Origin: Promethearchaeota archaeon
GTDB taxonomy: Archaea > Asgardarchaeota > Lokiarchaeia > Sigyniarchaeales > SOKP01
NCBI GenBank assembly: GCA_048940925.1
Contig: JBHLOC010000034.1
Location: 23,069 to 51,150, forward strand
DNA: 28,082 nucleotides
Direction of reading: 5' to 3'
Part shown: positions 8,772 through 16,698 of the stretch, in pieces
Position numbering within the stretch: the stretch's first letter is position 1
Layout: the number at the start of each line of letters is the position of its first letter
Translations under genes and position numbers: made by a program
The notes under the pieces: model-generated
What the model was told of the DNA's origin: nothing
Seen by the model: the letters and a program-made list of their open reading frames with translations, nothing else
Databases searched by the model: none

Positions 8772-9710
8772 ATGGCTCTCCACAAGGTATCTTTCTGTGG
8801 GTTAGATAATGCAGGTAAAACCAGTATAATCACAGCAATCACAAGACGCTTCGGTTTTGAGGAGGAAGTTGCAAGATTATCTCCAACAAGAAGAATTGCG
8901 AGAGATACATTCAGATTTCTAGGAATTGAGTTTACAAGAATGGACTTCGGGGGACAAAAGCAATATAGGGAAGAGTATTTAAAACGCCCAGAAAAATATC
9001 TTGGGGGAACAGATTTAATGTATTATGTAATAGATGCTCAAGATTTTAATAGATATATTGAATCTATAGACTATTTAGAGCAGATTTTGCTCTTCTTTAA
9101 GGAAGAACAGGAATATATTCCGATCTGTATTCTTTTTCATAAGTTTGACCCTCAACTTGTGGATGATGTGCAAATTAATAAGAGAATCCTCACTCTAAAA
9201 CAAGCATTAACTAGATATTCAATTGATTTCGATATATTTTTCTTTGAAACGACGATATTTGATATAAAATCTGTTATGGATGCTTTTTCAAATGGCTTAT
9301 CAATGCTATTTGAGAAAATGGAAATGGTTTCTAATTTATTTTCAGAAATAAGTGAAAACTACAATGCTATTTTAATAGCTTTATTTGATGCTAAAGGGAT
9401 CACCCTTGGAGAATTTTATCGCCCTCATCTTCAATTACAAGAGAAAATAAAGATTTATGAAATATATTTAGAACTTCAAAAACGGGTTGTTGCTGAAAAT
9501 CGCGTTTTATATGAATTTTCTGATACATTTGAAAGTGGAGAAAGGTTTTCAGGAGTTATAGAAGTATTAAAATTTGGAAAACTTGATTTCTATTTATTAT
9601 TTATTGTAGAAGAAGATGAAAAAAACTTAGAACAAACAATTGTTCTTTTAGATAAAATCGAGTCAGCTAAACCTCAAATGGAAAATCTTATTCTTCAGAT
9701 TATCCAATAA
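8772..9710 (+). CDS. Rag/Arf-like small GTPase with C-terminal roadblock/longin-like domain
   Basis: G1 GLDNAGKTS, G2 SPT, G3 DFGGQ, G4 HKFD and G5 ETTIFD (Rag-type HKxD and TSI[WY]D pattern). The ~130-aa C-terminal alpha/beta domain includes ILIALFDAKGITLGEF and FYLLFIVE. GGTGAT lies upstream. Confidence 0.88.
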   Translation: MALHKVSFCGLDNAGKTSIITAITRRFGFEEEVARLSPTRRIARDTFRFLGIEFTRMDFGGQKQYREEYLKRPEKYLGGTDLMYYVIDAQDFNRYIESIDYLEQILLFFKEEQEYIPICILFHKFDPQLVDDVQINKRILTLKQALTRYSIDFDIFFFETTIFDIKSVMDAFSNGLSMLFEKMEMVSNLFSEISENYNAILIALFDAKGITLGEFYRPHLQLQEKIKIYEIYLELQKRVVAENRVLYEFSDTFESGERFSGVIEVLKFGKLDFYLLFIVEEDEKNLEQTIVLLDKIESAKPQMENLILQIIQ

Positions 9711-9790
9711 AAAAAGGTTGATGTAAAGAGTAGTTTTATTTAAATTTATCTTATATAAATACTTAATTTTGCTAAGGAAATTTTGAAAAG

Positions 9791-9895
9791 CGCAGCTGGA
9801 GGGATTTGAACCCCCGAGCGCTTTCGCGCACCGGCTATCTCTTTTGCTAAAAGTAAAACTCGAGGCCGGCGTCTTTCCAACTAGGCTACAGCTGC
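9791..9895 (-). tRNA. tRNA-Ser(CGA) with a 22-nt intron (9837-9858) at the canonical 37/38 position
   Basis: Minus strand reads GCAGCTG TA GCCTAGTTGGAAAGAC G CCGGC CTCGAG[TTTTACTTTTAGCAAAAGAGAT]A GCCGG TGCGCGAAAGCGCTC GGGGG TTCAAAT CCCTC CAGCTGC G. It has a long variable arm and G discriminator; CCA is not encoded. Confidence 0.95.
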
Positions 9896-9924
9896 AATTT
9901 CTTATGAAACTTAAAACATAATAA

Positions 9925-9937
9925 GTATAAATTTCTT
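9925..9937 (-). promoter_or_regulatory. Putative archaeal BRE/TATA for the tRNA gene
   Basis: AAGAAA-TTTATAC on the minus strand about 30 nt upstream of the tRNA 5' end. The AT-rich background lowers certainty. Confidence 0.45.
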
Positions 9938-9997
9938 ACTCTTTCTAACAATAGAATTTAAATAATTAGCTCATTTTTGAATGAGGTTTTCAATAAA

Positions 9998-10300
9998 TTA
10001 TTGAGAAGAGGGAATATATATTTTTAATTTTAAAGAAGGATCTAAAAGCTTTATTATTCCTTCTTGTTCATATTGTTTTAAAAGCAGTTTAACTGTAGAA
10101 ACTCTTATATCATATTTTAAGGCAATTTCAGTAGCTAAGATTGTTTTTTTCTTTAAAATAGATTCTTTTATTTCTTTTTCAAGGTTTTTTGGTACATACG
10201 CATCACGTTCTACAATATTGATTTGTTTAGTTCTTCCGTACTTTCTTCTAAGATTTAAAGTAGCTTTTCTTACTAATAGCTTTTCTTCTTTTTCTGACAA
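9998..10300 (-). CDS. rps25e: Small-subunit ribosomal protein eS25
   Basis: Basic 100-aa protein with a winged-helix pattern (ILATEIALKYDIRVSTVKLLLKQYEQEGIIKLL...KIYIP) matching eS25. TTG start with GTGA 6 nt upstream. Confidence 0.8.
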   Translation of the reverse strand: MSEKEEKLLVRKATLNLRRKYGRTKQINIVERDAYVPKNLEKEIKESILKKKTILATEIALKYDIRVSTVKLLLKQYEQEGIIKLLDPSLKLKIYIPSSQ

Positions 10301-10451
10301 CGAAAATCACAAAAATTATTTTAATCGCATAAATTAAGAGAATTTGATACTATAAATAATTAAAATCTAATAAAATTTTTGATTTGATATTTATTGATAT
10401 ATCAATTAAAAAAAGAAATTAAACGATTTCATTAACACGAGCTTGTAGAAA

Positions 10452-11087
10452 GTGTCTAATAATTATTACTTCAATGTAAAAAGAAGAAGACCAGAAGAGA
10501 ATTATAAGGATGTAAGAGAATATTATAATAATGAAACTATTGTAAGATATGCTACTTCAAAAAGTATAATGAAAACTCAAGAGAAAATTACAATTAGAGC
10601 TTTAGAATTGTTAGATCTCAGAAAAAATAATGCTCTAATCTTAGATGCTGGATGTGGTCCAGGTTTTACTGCAATGTATTTAGATACAATTGGATTTAAA
10701 GTTATATCACTTGATATTATCTCAGGTTTTTTAAATTATTATAATATTAAAGATCTTAATCCAATCGCCGCTGATATGTGTTTACTCCCGTTTAAATCTG
10801 GAATCTTTGATGCCATAATATCAATTTCAGCATTACAATGGATTTATAAAGATCTACATGATAAGGTTAATCGAAAGAGGTTTATTAATTTAACAAAGTC
10901 TTTTGAAAAAATTTTAAAACCTGAATCGAAATTGATAATTCAATTTTATCCTAAGAATGAGACCATTATGAAAGAAATTGGAAGGATATTTGCGGAACAT
11001 TCCAATTTAAGAGGAACTTTTGTTATAGATAATCCGAATAATGCAAAAAAAAGAAAAATTTTTCTATGTTTAAAAAATCATAGATAA
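10452..11087 (+). CDS. Bud23/WBSCR22-like SAM-dependent SSU rRNA guanine-N7 methyltransferase
   Basis: RPEE...YYN...Y...Q.KITIRALELLDL, ILDAGCGPG, PFKSGIFDAIISISALQW, QFYPKN and VIDNPNNAKKRKIFLCL are collinear with the Bud23 motifs I recall (RPE, RALELL, FDAAISISAIQW, QFYPKN). GTG start. Confidence 0.85.
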   Translation: MSNNYYFNVKRRRPEENYKDVREYYNNETIVRYATSKSIMKTQEKITIRALELLDLRKNNALILDAGCGPGFTAMYLDTIGFKVISLDIISGFLNYYNIKDLNPIAADMCLLPFKSGIFDAIISISALQWIYKDLHDKVNRKRFINLTKSFEKILKPESKLIIQFYPKNETIMKEIGRIFAEHSNLRGTFVIDNPNNAKKRKIFLCLKNHR

Positions 11088-11255
11088 GAGAGAGAGCCGT
11101 TGATCATTGAAATATTAAAAAAATTCACAAATATTGGATTTTTTTTTGATATGTAAGAGCTTAAATATATATTTCTTATACTAGTGTAATTAATTATAAC
11201 ATATCTTAAAGAAAACTATACAAAAAGATAATCCTTTATTAAAAAGGTTTTAAAA

Positions 11256-14200
11256 ATGATAAAAAAACAAAAAGTGAAATCTTTATCATTGCTTTTGATG
11301 ATTTTAATAACTAGCTTTTTTACTTTTCTCCAATTAAACTTATTTTTCATGGACACTGATAAGTTCGATAAGGACTCAGAAATAATTACTAATCCAAAAA
11401 CAAGTATAAAAGGTAATGCTTCGTGGTGGGATAAATCATATCGATCCAGACAGTTAATTAATATTACAAATCCTTATCCTGTAAACTTCGAGAATTATGG
11501 GGTGAGTATTTCTTTCAATTATACTGATCTAGTTAATCAAGGGCAAATGAATTCCAGTCTAAAAGATGTAAGAATTATTGAATATGACTCTGAGGGAATT
11601 CCTTTTATAAGAAGATATTACTTTAAGATGAATTACCCGCAACAAGATATAGCGACTGTATGGTTTGATACAAATATTTCAGCTAGTACTACTGAATATG
11701 ATACGTATTTATACTACGGGAAAGAAACTGCACAAATAGATGATGAAGGGCATTATTTTATGAACACTGCTACAAATTCCCCATCAGATAGTTTTGGTTT
11801 GATTAGAAATGGAAATTTTGAATTAGATGTCAAAACAGGCACTTTAATTGATGGTACTTTTGGTTGGAATTTTACCGATGATGTACCTGAGGATATCGGT
11901 CCAGGTTATGCACCGAATGTTCCAGGGGCAAATTATCAACATAATTTATCAAATTATGTTGGCCAACATGAAGATGTGTATGAAGGAGATTATTCATTTA
12001 AATGGGGTACCACTGATCATTATTTACCTTCAGAAGGTTCTAGCAATGAATTTATAGGTACATTATTTAGTTATCCATTTATTGTTCCTAAGATAAGCGG
12101 AGCAGGATCACCTAAACTTTATATTCAAACATGGCGAAATGTTAGATTATATGATATGAGTAATCCTAGATGGATAGAATTTTATGCACGAACTTCAAAG
12201 GATTATAGTCAAACAATGGATACTGGACATAATGGTTTACCTGATGGACTTGCAGAGGATTGGATAAGTATAGGAGACTCAAAAGGATCAGAGTATATAG
12301 CAGAAAATCAATTAGATTTATCTCAAGCTAATACATATATAGGTGAATTAATGGATGTAATTTATCTAGATGTAACTAATCATCAAGGAGAACTTATATT
12401 TCTGGAATTTGGCATGTGGGGTATAGAAGGAGATAAAGTATCTGCATTTGCACAGGTTGATGATGTGAGATTTAATTATATTTTAACTACAGTATTAAAT
12501 CCTGAAATAGAAGAACGAAGATCAGATATTACAATTATAACTAGAGACGTTGATGGAAGGCTTGTTCCTAATGCCGAAGTCTCATTAATGAATATGTCAG
12601 ATTCTATTGAGACTAAATTTACTTCTCTAGATGATGCTTCAGTTACTTTCACGGGAATTGATTTTGGCGAATATAATTTTACTGTAAATTATACATTGCC
12701 ATCTGGAAGGGAAGAAGAAATGTATAACAGTTTTGAGAACGGTGAAGGTCCTTTTTATATACAACAAGCTATAGAGAATGAAACACTTTATATTGATATG
12801 TGGACAATCGATTTTGAAATGGTTGATTTTGACAATGAACCACTAACCATGGGAAATATCACAATACGGGATGCTGATGATGAATTTTTAACTAATTTAA
12901 CTCTTAATGATGAAGGAAAAGCAACATTTCGTTGGAGAAATCAATCCAAATATTATTATAAAGTATGGTACGATAATGACGATTATAATTTAAACCCCAC
13001 TGCGTTAAATGCAAGTTATATCTTAAGAGATACTTACAATCAACTAAATAATAAGTATAGAACCGTTACGGTTGATATAAATGCAACAAATACTGCTTCA
13101 GGACCAAATTTTGCAGTTAGTGAACTTTTTTATACAGATGGCTCACGAACAGAATTAGGAAATAAAAAAATAATCAAAATTAACGTAACAATAACTGTCC
13201 CTGAACCAGCTTCAACACTTTCATCTGTTTCTATTTATTACATAGATAAAAATAATTCAACTGATGGAAATCTTATTTATTATAATGATAGTTATACTTT
13301 ATCTGATAAAATAAACTTGATCCAAATAGATATCAGAAATCCTCTTATTATGTCTGGTAATCTAAAGAGCGATAAATTTGAAGTGTATGGCTTGAAAATA
13401 GAAGTAATTGGTGAAAATTCGTCTCGATGTGATGGTATAATTAAATTGGATTCAATTGAGACATGTAATATTTATAATGTTACAGATTTATGTAAAGTGG
13501 ATATCAAAATTATAGGTACGGATTATGCTGGTGTTGCTGGATGTTATGTAATAGTAAACAGTTCAAATAGAGATGGTCTTTTTAATGTTTCTTTATTAAC
13601 AAAGGATCTCACGGGATACGCTTACGGACAAATTAATACTAATATCCCACTCTGGTATTTAAGAGGATATAATTATACTTTTTCATTAGAGTTTTTTGGA
13701 GAACATCAAGATTTAAATGTAACCGAATCAGATAAATGGAAACCATCTGGTCCTAGATATTCTTATAATTATCGATTAAATCAATCCGCAGATCTTATCT
13801 TTCAACTTTACCTAAGTGGTGGCATTAATACAAGTTGGTACCTAACTAGATTTGAAAACTTAATGATGGTAGAACAGGTAATGTGGAGTGAAGATATTAC
13901 AGTCTCAGTGAATTTCACCTTAACTACTGATGAATGGCAAACATCTAGAGCCGTTGATCCTCCTGCTACAGTGACTTGCACGATTAAAAGTACAGGAATT
14001 AGTGCTAAAGTTTGGTTAACATTAGATATGGACCCCGGAGTTGGTCCAGGTATTTATACAATAACATTTGATTCAAGTGTTTTATCAGCAGGTAATACGG
14101 GTAAGATTTATTCTATTATTGTATCTGGAAATAAGGCAGGATATAGTCTCCCAGCTAATGTGAGTACCACAATACTCATTAGTACAGTCCCCACTGTGTT

Positions 14201-15509
14201 GTCAATGCACGATTATTACAATTCCTTAAATGTTATATCAGAATTTTCTCAAACATTTGGGGAATTTGTAAATTTAACAGTAAAATATTATAATGATACA
14301 AATTCACCGTTAGAGAATGCTATATTGACTTATGAGTGGCTTAATCTTGATCCTATTCTGTTTTATGAAGATCCCATTAATGATGGATATTATACTGCAA
14401 CAATTGATACATCAATAGCAGAATCGTGGGGTTTAAAATCAATCAAGATTATTGCCAAATTAGAAAACTTTACCACACAGACTCTTATAACTTCTCTCAG
14501 CATTACACAAAGACCCACAACTCTTAATGGAGAAACAGACTTAGTTTACATTAACTCGAGAGTATGGGTAGAGGATTCTCATCTATTCGAATTTCAATAT
14601 GCCGATGTAATTGAAAATGAGATTATAGGGAATTTAACTACTGCTACTTTCATCTGGGAAAAGTTATATCCAAACGGAACTAGAGTTCCCGGAATACATG
14701 GTACTGGAACATTGATTCAAAATGCGAATAAAACCTATATACTAGATTTTAATACAGAATTAAGACCCGTTGGTTATTATTATTTGTATCTTACATTACA
14801 AAAACAAAACTATGAAGTAAAAGCTGCACTCATTAATTTAGAAATTATGTTACGAAACTTTACAGCCACTTTAGACGCAACAGGATTGAGAGACAACAAT
14901 CAAATCAGGGTAGTTCAAGGTGATGATATTAATTTTGAAATCACTCTATGGGATGAAACACGAAATATAGAACTTGAAAACGCAACAATTACACTCACTA
15001 TTGGAGGTAATGATTACATTGTTGATATGACGGCTTCGGGCGTATACGAATTAACATTTAAAACGAATGATATTAGTGCGTTTATTACTTCTAGAACATT
15101 CTCAGGTAGGATTACAATTCAAGCATCCAATTTCACAACCAAAGAAATTATTATTACTGTAATAGTTCAAATGGAGGAAATATTTCCAGGAATGCCTACA
15201 TTTTATTTTATCTTGATAACTGTATCAATTATAGGCGTTGTGGGGAGTTTGGTAGCCTATAGAGTTATTCAACAAGCAAGAATACCTAAACATGTTAAGA
15301 AGATCAGAAAAGTTAAAGGATATATCAAATCAAAAAAGAAAATCACTGAAACAGTTGCAGTTCCAACAAAAGAAGAGATGATAGTTAAATTATTTGGAAA
15401 TGAATGGAAAGAAATTGGTCTTTCAATTGAAAAAGTGTTAGGCATAGAAGAATTAAAACCTGAAAAACAACCATTAAAAGAATTTAAAAAGGGAGGTGAA
15501 AGCGAGTAA
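11256..15509 (+). CDS. Large cell-surface glycoprotein A: DUF2341-like domain, CBM-like beta-sandwich, Ig/CnaB-like stalk, C-terminal TM and cytoplasmic tail
   Basis: N-terminal signal/anchor, then WWDKSYRSRQLINITN...LKDVRI...VWF...YLYYG (DUF2341-like) and a LIRNGNFE...VDDVRF domain. More than 30 N-x-S/T sequons. TM FPGMPTFYFILITVSIIGVVGSLVAY is followed by a basic tail. Confidence 0.85.
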   Translation: MIKKQKVKSLSLLLMILITSFFTFLQLNLFFMDTDKFDKDSEIITNPKTSIKGNASWWDKSYRSRQLINITNPYPVNFENYGVSISFNYTDLVNQGQMNSSLKDVRIIEYDSEGIPFIRRYYFKMNYPQQDIATVWFDTNISASTTEYDTYLYYGKETAQIDDEGHYFMNTATNSPSDSFGLIRNGNFELDVKTGTLIDGTFGWNFTDDVPEDIGPGYAPNVPGANYQHNLSNYVGQHEDVYEGDYSFKWGTTDHYLPSEGSSNEFIGTLFSYPFIVPKISGAGSPKLYIQTWRNVRLYDMSNPRWIEFYARTSKDYSQTMDTGHNGLPDGLAEDWISIGDSKGSEYIAENQLDLSQANTYIGELMDVIYLDVTNHQGELIFLEFGMWGIEGDKVSAFAQVDDVRFNYILTTVLNPEIEERRSDITIITRDVDGRLVPNAEVSLMNMSDSIETKFTSLDDASVTFTGIDFGEYNFTVNYTLPSGREEEMYNSFENGEGPFYIQQAIENETLYIDMWTIDFEMVDFDNEPLTMGNITIRDADDEFLTNLTLNDEGKATFRWRNQSKYYYKVWYDNDDYNLNPTALNASYILRDTYNQLNNKYRTVTVDINATNTASGPNFAVSELFYTDGSRTELGNKKIIKINVTITVPEPASTLSSVSIYYIDKNNSTDGNLIYYNDSYTLSDKINLIQIDIRNPLIMSGNLKSDKFEVYGLKIEVIGENSSRCDGIIKLDSIETCNIYNVTDLCKVDIKIIGTDYAGVAGCYVIVNSSNRDGLFNVSLLTKDLTGYAYGQINTNIPLWYLRGYNYTFSLEFFGEHQDLNVTESDKWKPSGPRYSYNYRLNQSADLIFQLYLSGGINTSWYLTRFENLMMVEQVMWSEDITVSVNFTLTTDEWQTSRAVDPPATVTCTIKSTGISAKVWLTLDMDPGVGPGIYTITFDSSVLSAGNTGKIYSIIVSGNKAGYSLPANVSTTILISTVPTVLSMHDYYNSLNVISEFSQTFGEFVNLTVKYYNDTNSPLENAILTYEWLNLDPILFYEDPINDGYYTATIDTSIAESWGLKSIKIIAKLENFTTQTLITSLSITQRPTTLNGETDLVYINSRVWVEDSHLFEFQYADVIENEIIGNLTTATFIWEKLYPNGTRVPGIHGTGTLIQNANKTYILDFNTELRPVGYYYLYLTLQKQNYEVKAALINLEIMLRNFTATLDATGLRDNNQIRVVQGDDINFEITLWDETRNIELENATITLTIGGNDYIVDMTASGVYELTFKTNDISAFITSRTFSGRITIQASNFTTKEIIITVIVQMEEIFPGMPTFYFILITVSIIGVVGSLVAYRVIQQARIPKHVKKIRKVKGYIKSKKKITETVAVPTKEEMIVKLFGNEWKEIGLSIEKVLGIEELKPEKQPLKEFKKGGESE
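15492..15499 (+). promoter_or_regulatory. Shine-Dalgarno GGAGGTGA embedded in the 3' end of the surface protein A gene
   Basis: Perfect GGAGGTGA 9 nt before the ATG at 15509. Stop and start overlap as TAATG. Confidence 0.8.
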
Positions 15510-16621
15510 TGCCAATAGGTTTAGTATTAATGAGATGGGATATTAAAGTAAGTACTGAAATTCTTGCTAAATATCCTGAAGAACTAGTTATAAGTGAAGA
15601 GACATTAATGCAAATATATGCAGCACATGAATATACAGGTGAACCAGGAATGATTAGCTTATTAGTTGGTCCATTAAATATTGCTTCATACTACACTGGT
15701 CGAGAAAAACCACTTTATATTATTCTTATTTTAAACTTGGATGAAGATCCAGATACTTTTGAAGGAGGTTTAGCTGATATTTCACGAGTGATATTTCAAA
15801 ATTATGAAGACAATGCATATCTTGAAATGATTCCGTTCCTTTTCCAACGTTTATCAACTTATCCTTATTTAAATGAGGAACAAAGTTTAGCTATTACTTA
15901 TATTGATGGTGTAAATAGATTGATAATAAATAGGTTAAGAGATGAGGGCGTAATTTCTAAATCAGAGTTGAAAATTTGGTTAAAAGATAAGTATAGAGAA
16001 GGATTCTTTGATGTAGATGCGATACTTATGGAATTAATCAAAAGGGAAATAATAAAAGAAGCTTCTGTGAAAGGAATGCCTTCAGAACTAATATTTCTCA
16101 TAAATGATCTGTTTATGATTAGAAGACCTCCAATTAAACTTTTAGAAAATCCAATAGAACGAGGACTCCCTGATAAATTCGTTGAAGAGTATAATACAGC
16201 TGTAAAAAATTATTTTCAGAAATATAGTCCATCGGACGAGGACAATCTTAAAATTCTTGATAATGTTATAGCTGATCCTCAAGTCTATGAAATCCTGAAA
16301 TTATTAAGAATTTCAATCGTAACTAAGAATGTCTTAGAAAAACTTAGAAAAAAGGGAGTAGAAGACATAGATGGAGGATTGAAAAAGTTATGGGATTGTC
16401 AGATGATTCATGTATTCCAAGATACTAAAGGCAATGAGTATTATGCATTGCTTACTGACTTCTATAATTCATTGGTTTACCCAAAGTATATGTTAAAGAC
16501 AATAATTTATCAATATAGTGTAAAATCTAAGTCAGAAGGAGTATTAGTAGAATATCTAAACGTTCTTGAAGATACTTATCGACCAACTAAATTTTTAATA
16601 GAAGAAAAGAGTGAAGATTGA
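15509..16621 (+). CDS. Cytoplasmic protein with predicted N-terminal longin/uDENN-like domain and two winged-helix repeats (copy 1)
   Basis: The N-terminus has a beta-beta-alpha-beta-beta-beta-alpha pattern (GLVLMRWD...ILAKYP...LMQIY...ISLLV..NIASYY...IILILN...LADISR). Two repeats follow: RLIINRLRDEGVISKSEL...LMELIKREII and YEILKLLRISIVTKNVL...LKKLWDCQMI. The fold is inferred. Confidence 0.65.
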   Translation: MPIGLVLMRWDIKVSTEILAKYPEELVISEETLMQIYAAHEYTGEPGMISLLVGPLNIASYYTGREKPLYIILILNLDEDPDTFEGGLADISRVIFQNYEDNAYLEMIPFLFQRLSTYPYLNEEQSLAITYIDGVNRLIINRLRDEGVISKSELKIWLKDKYREGFFDVDAILMELIKREIIKEASVKGMPSELIFLINDLFMIRRPPIKLLENPIERGLPDKFVEEYNTAVKNYFQKYSPSDEDNLKILDNVIADPQVYEILKLLRISIVTKNVLEKLRKKGVEDIDGGLKKLWDCQMIHVFQDTKGNEYYALLTDFYNSLVYPKYMLKTIIYQYSVKSKSEGVLVEYLNVLEDTYRPTKFLIEEKSED

Positions 16622-16698
16622 TTATCTTAATTTTTCTTCTCTAATTTTATTTATATTTTTTTTCTTTGAAAAGTAGAAATATGAAATATCCAATTTTA

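Noticed and set aside
11256-15509. Plain S-layer protein
   Set aside because: The long conserved cytoplasmic tail and coupled cytoplasmic partner argue against a purely structural role, though it is not excluded.
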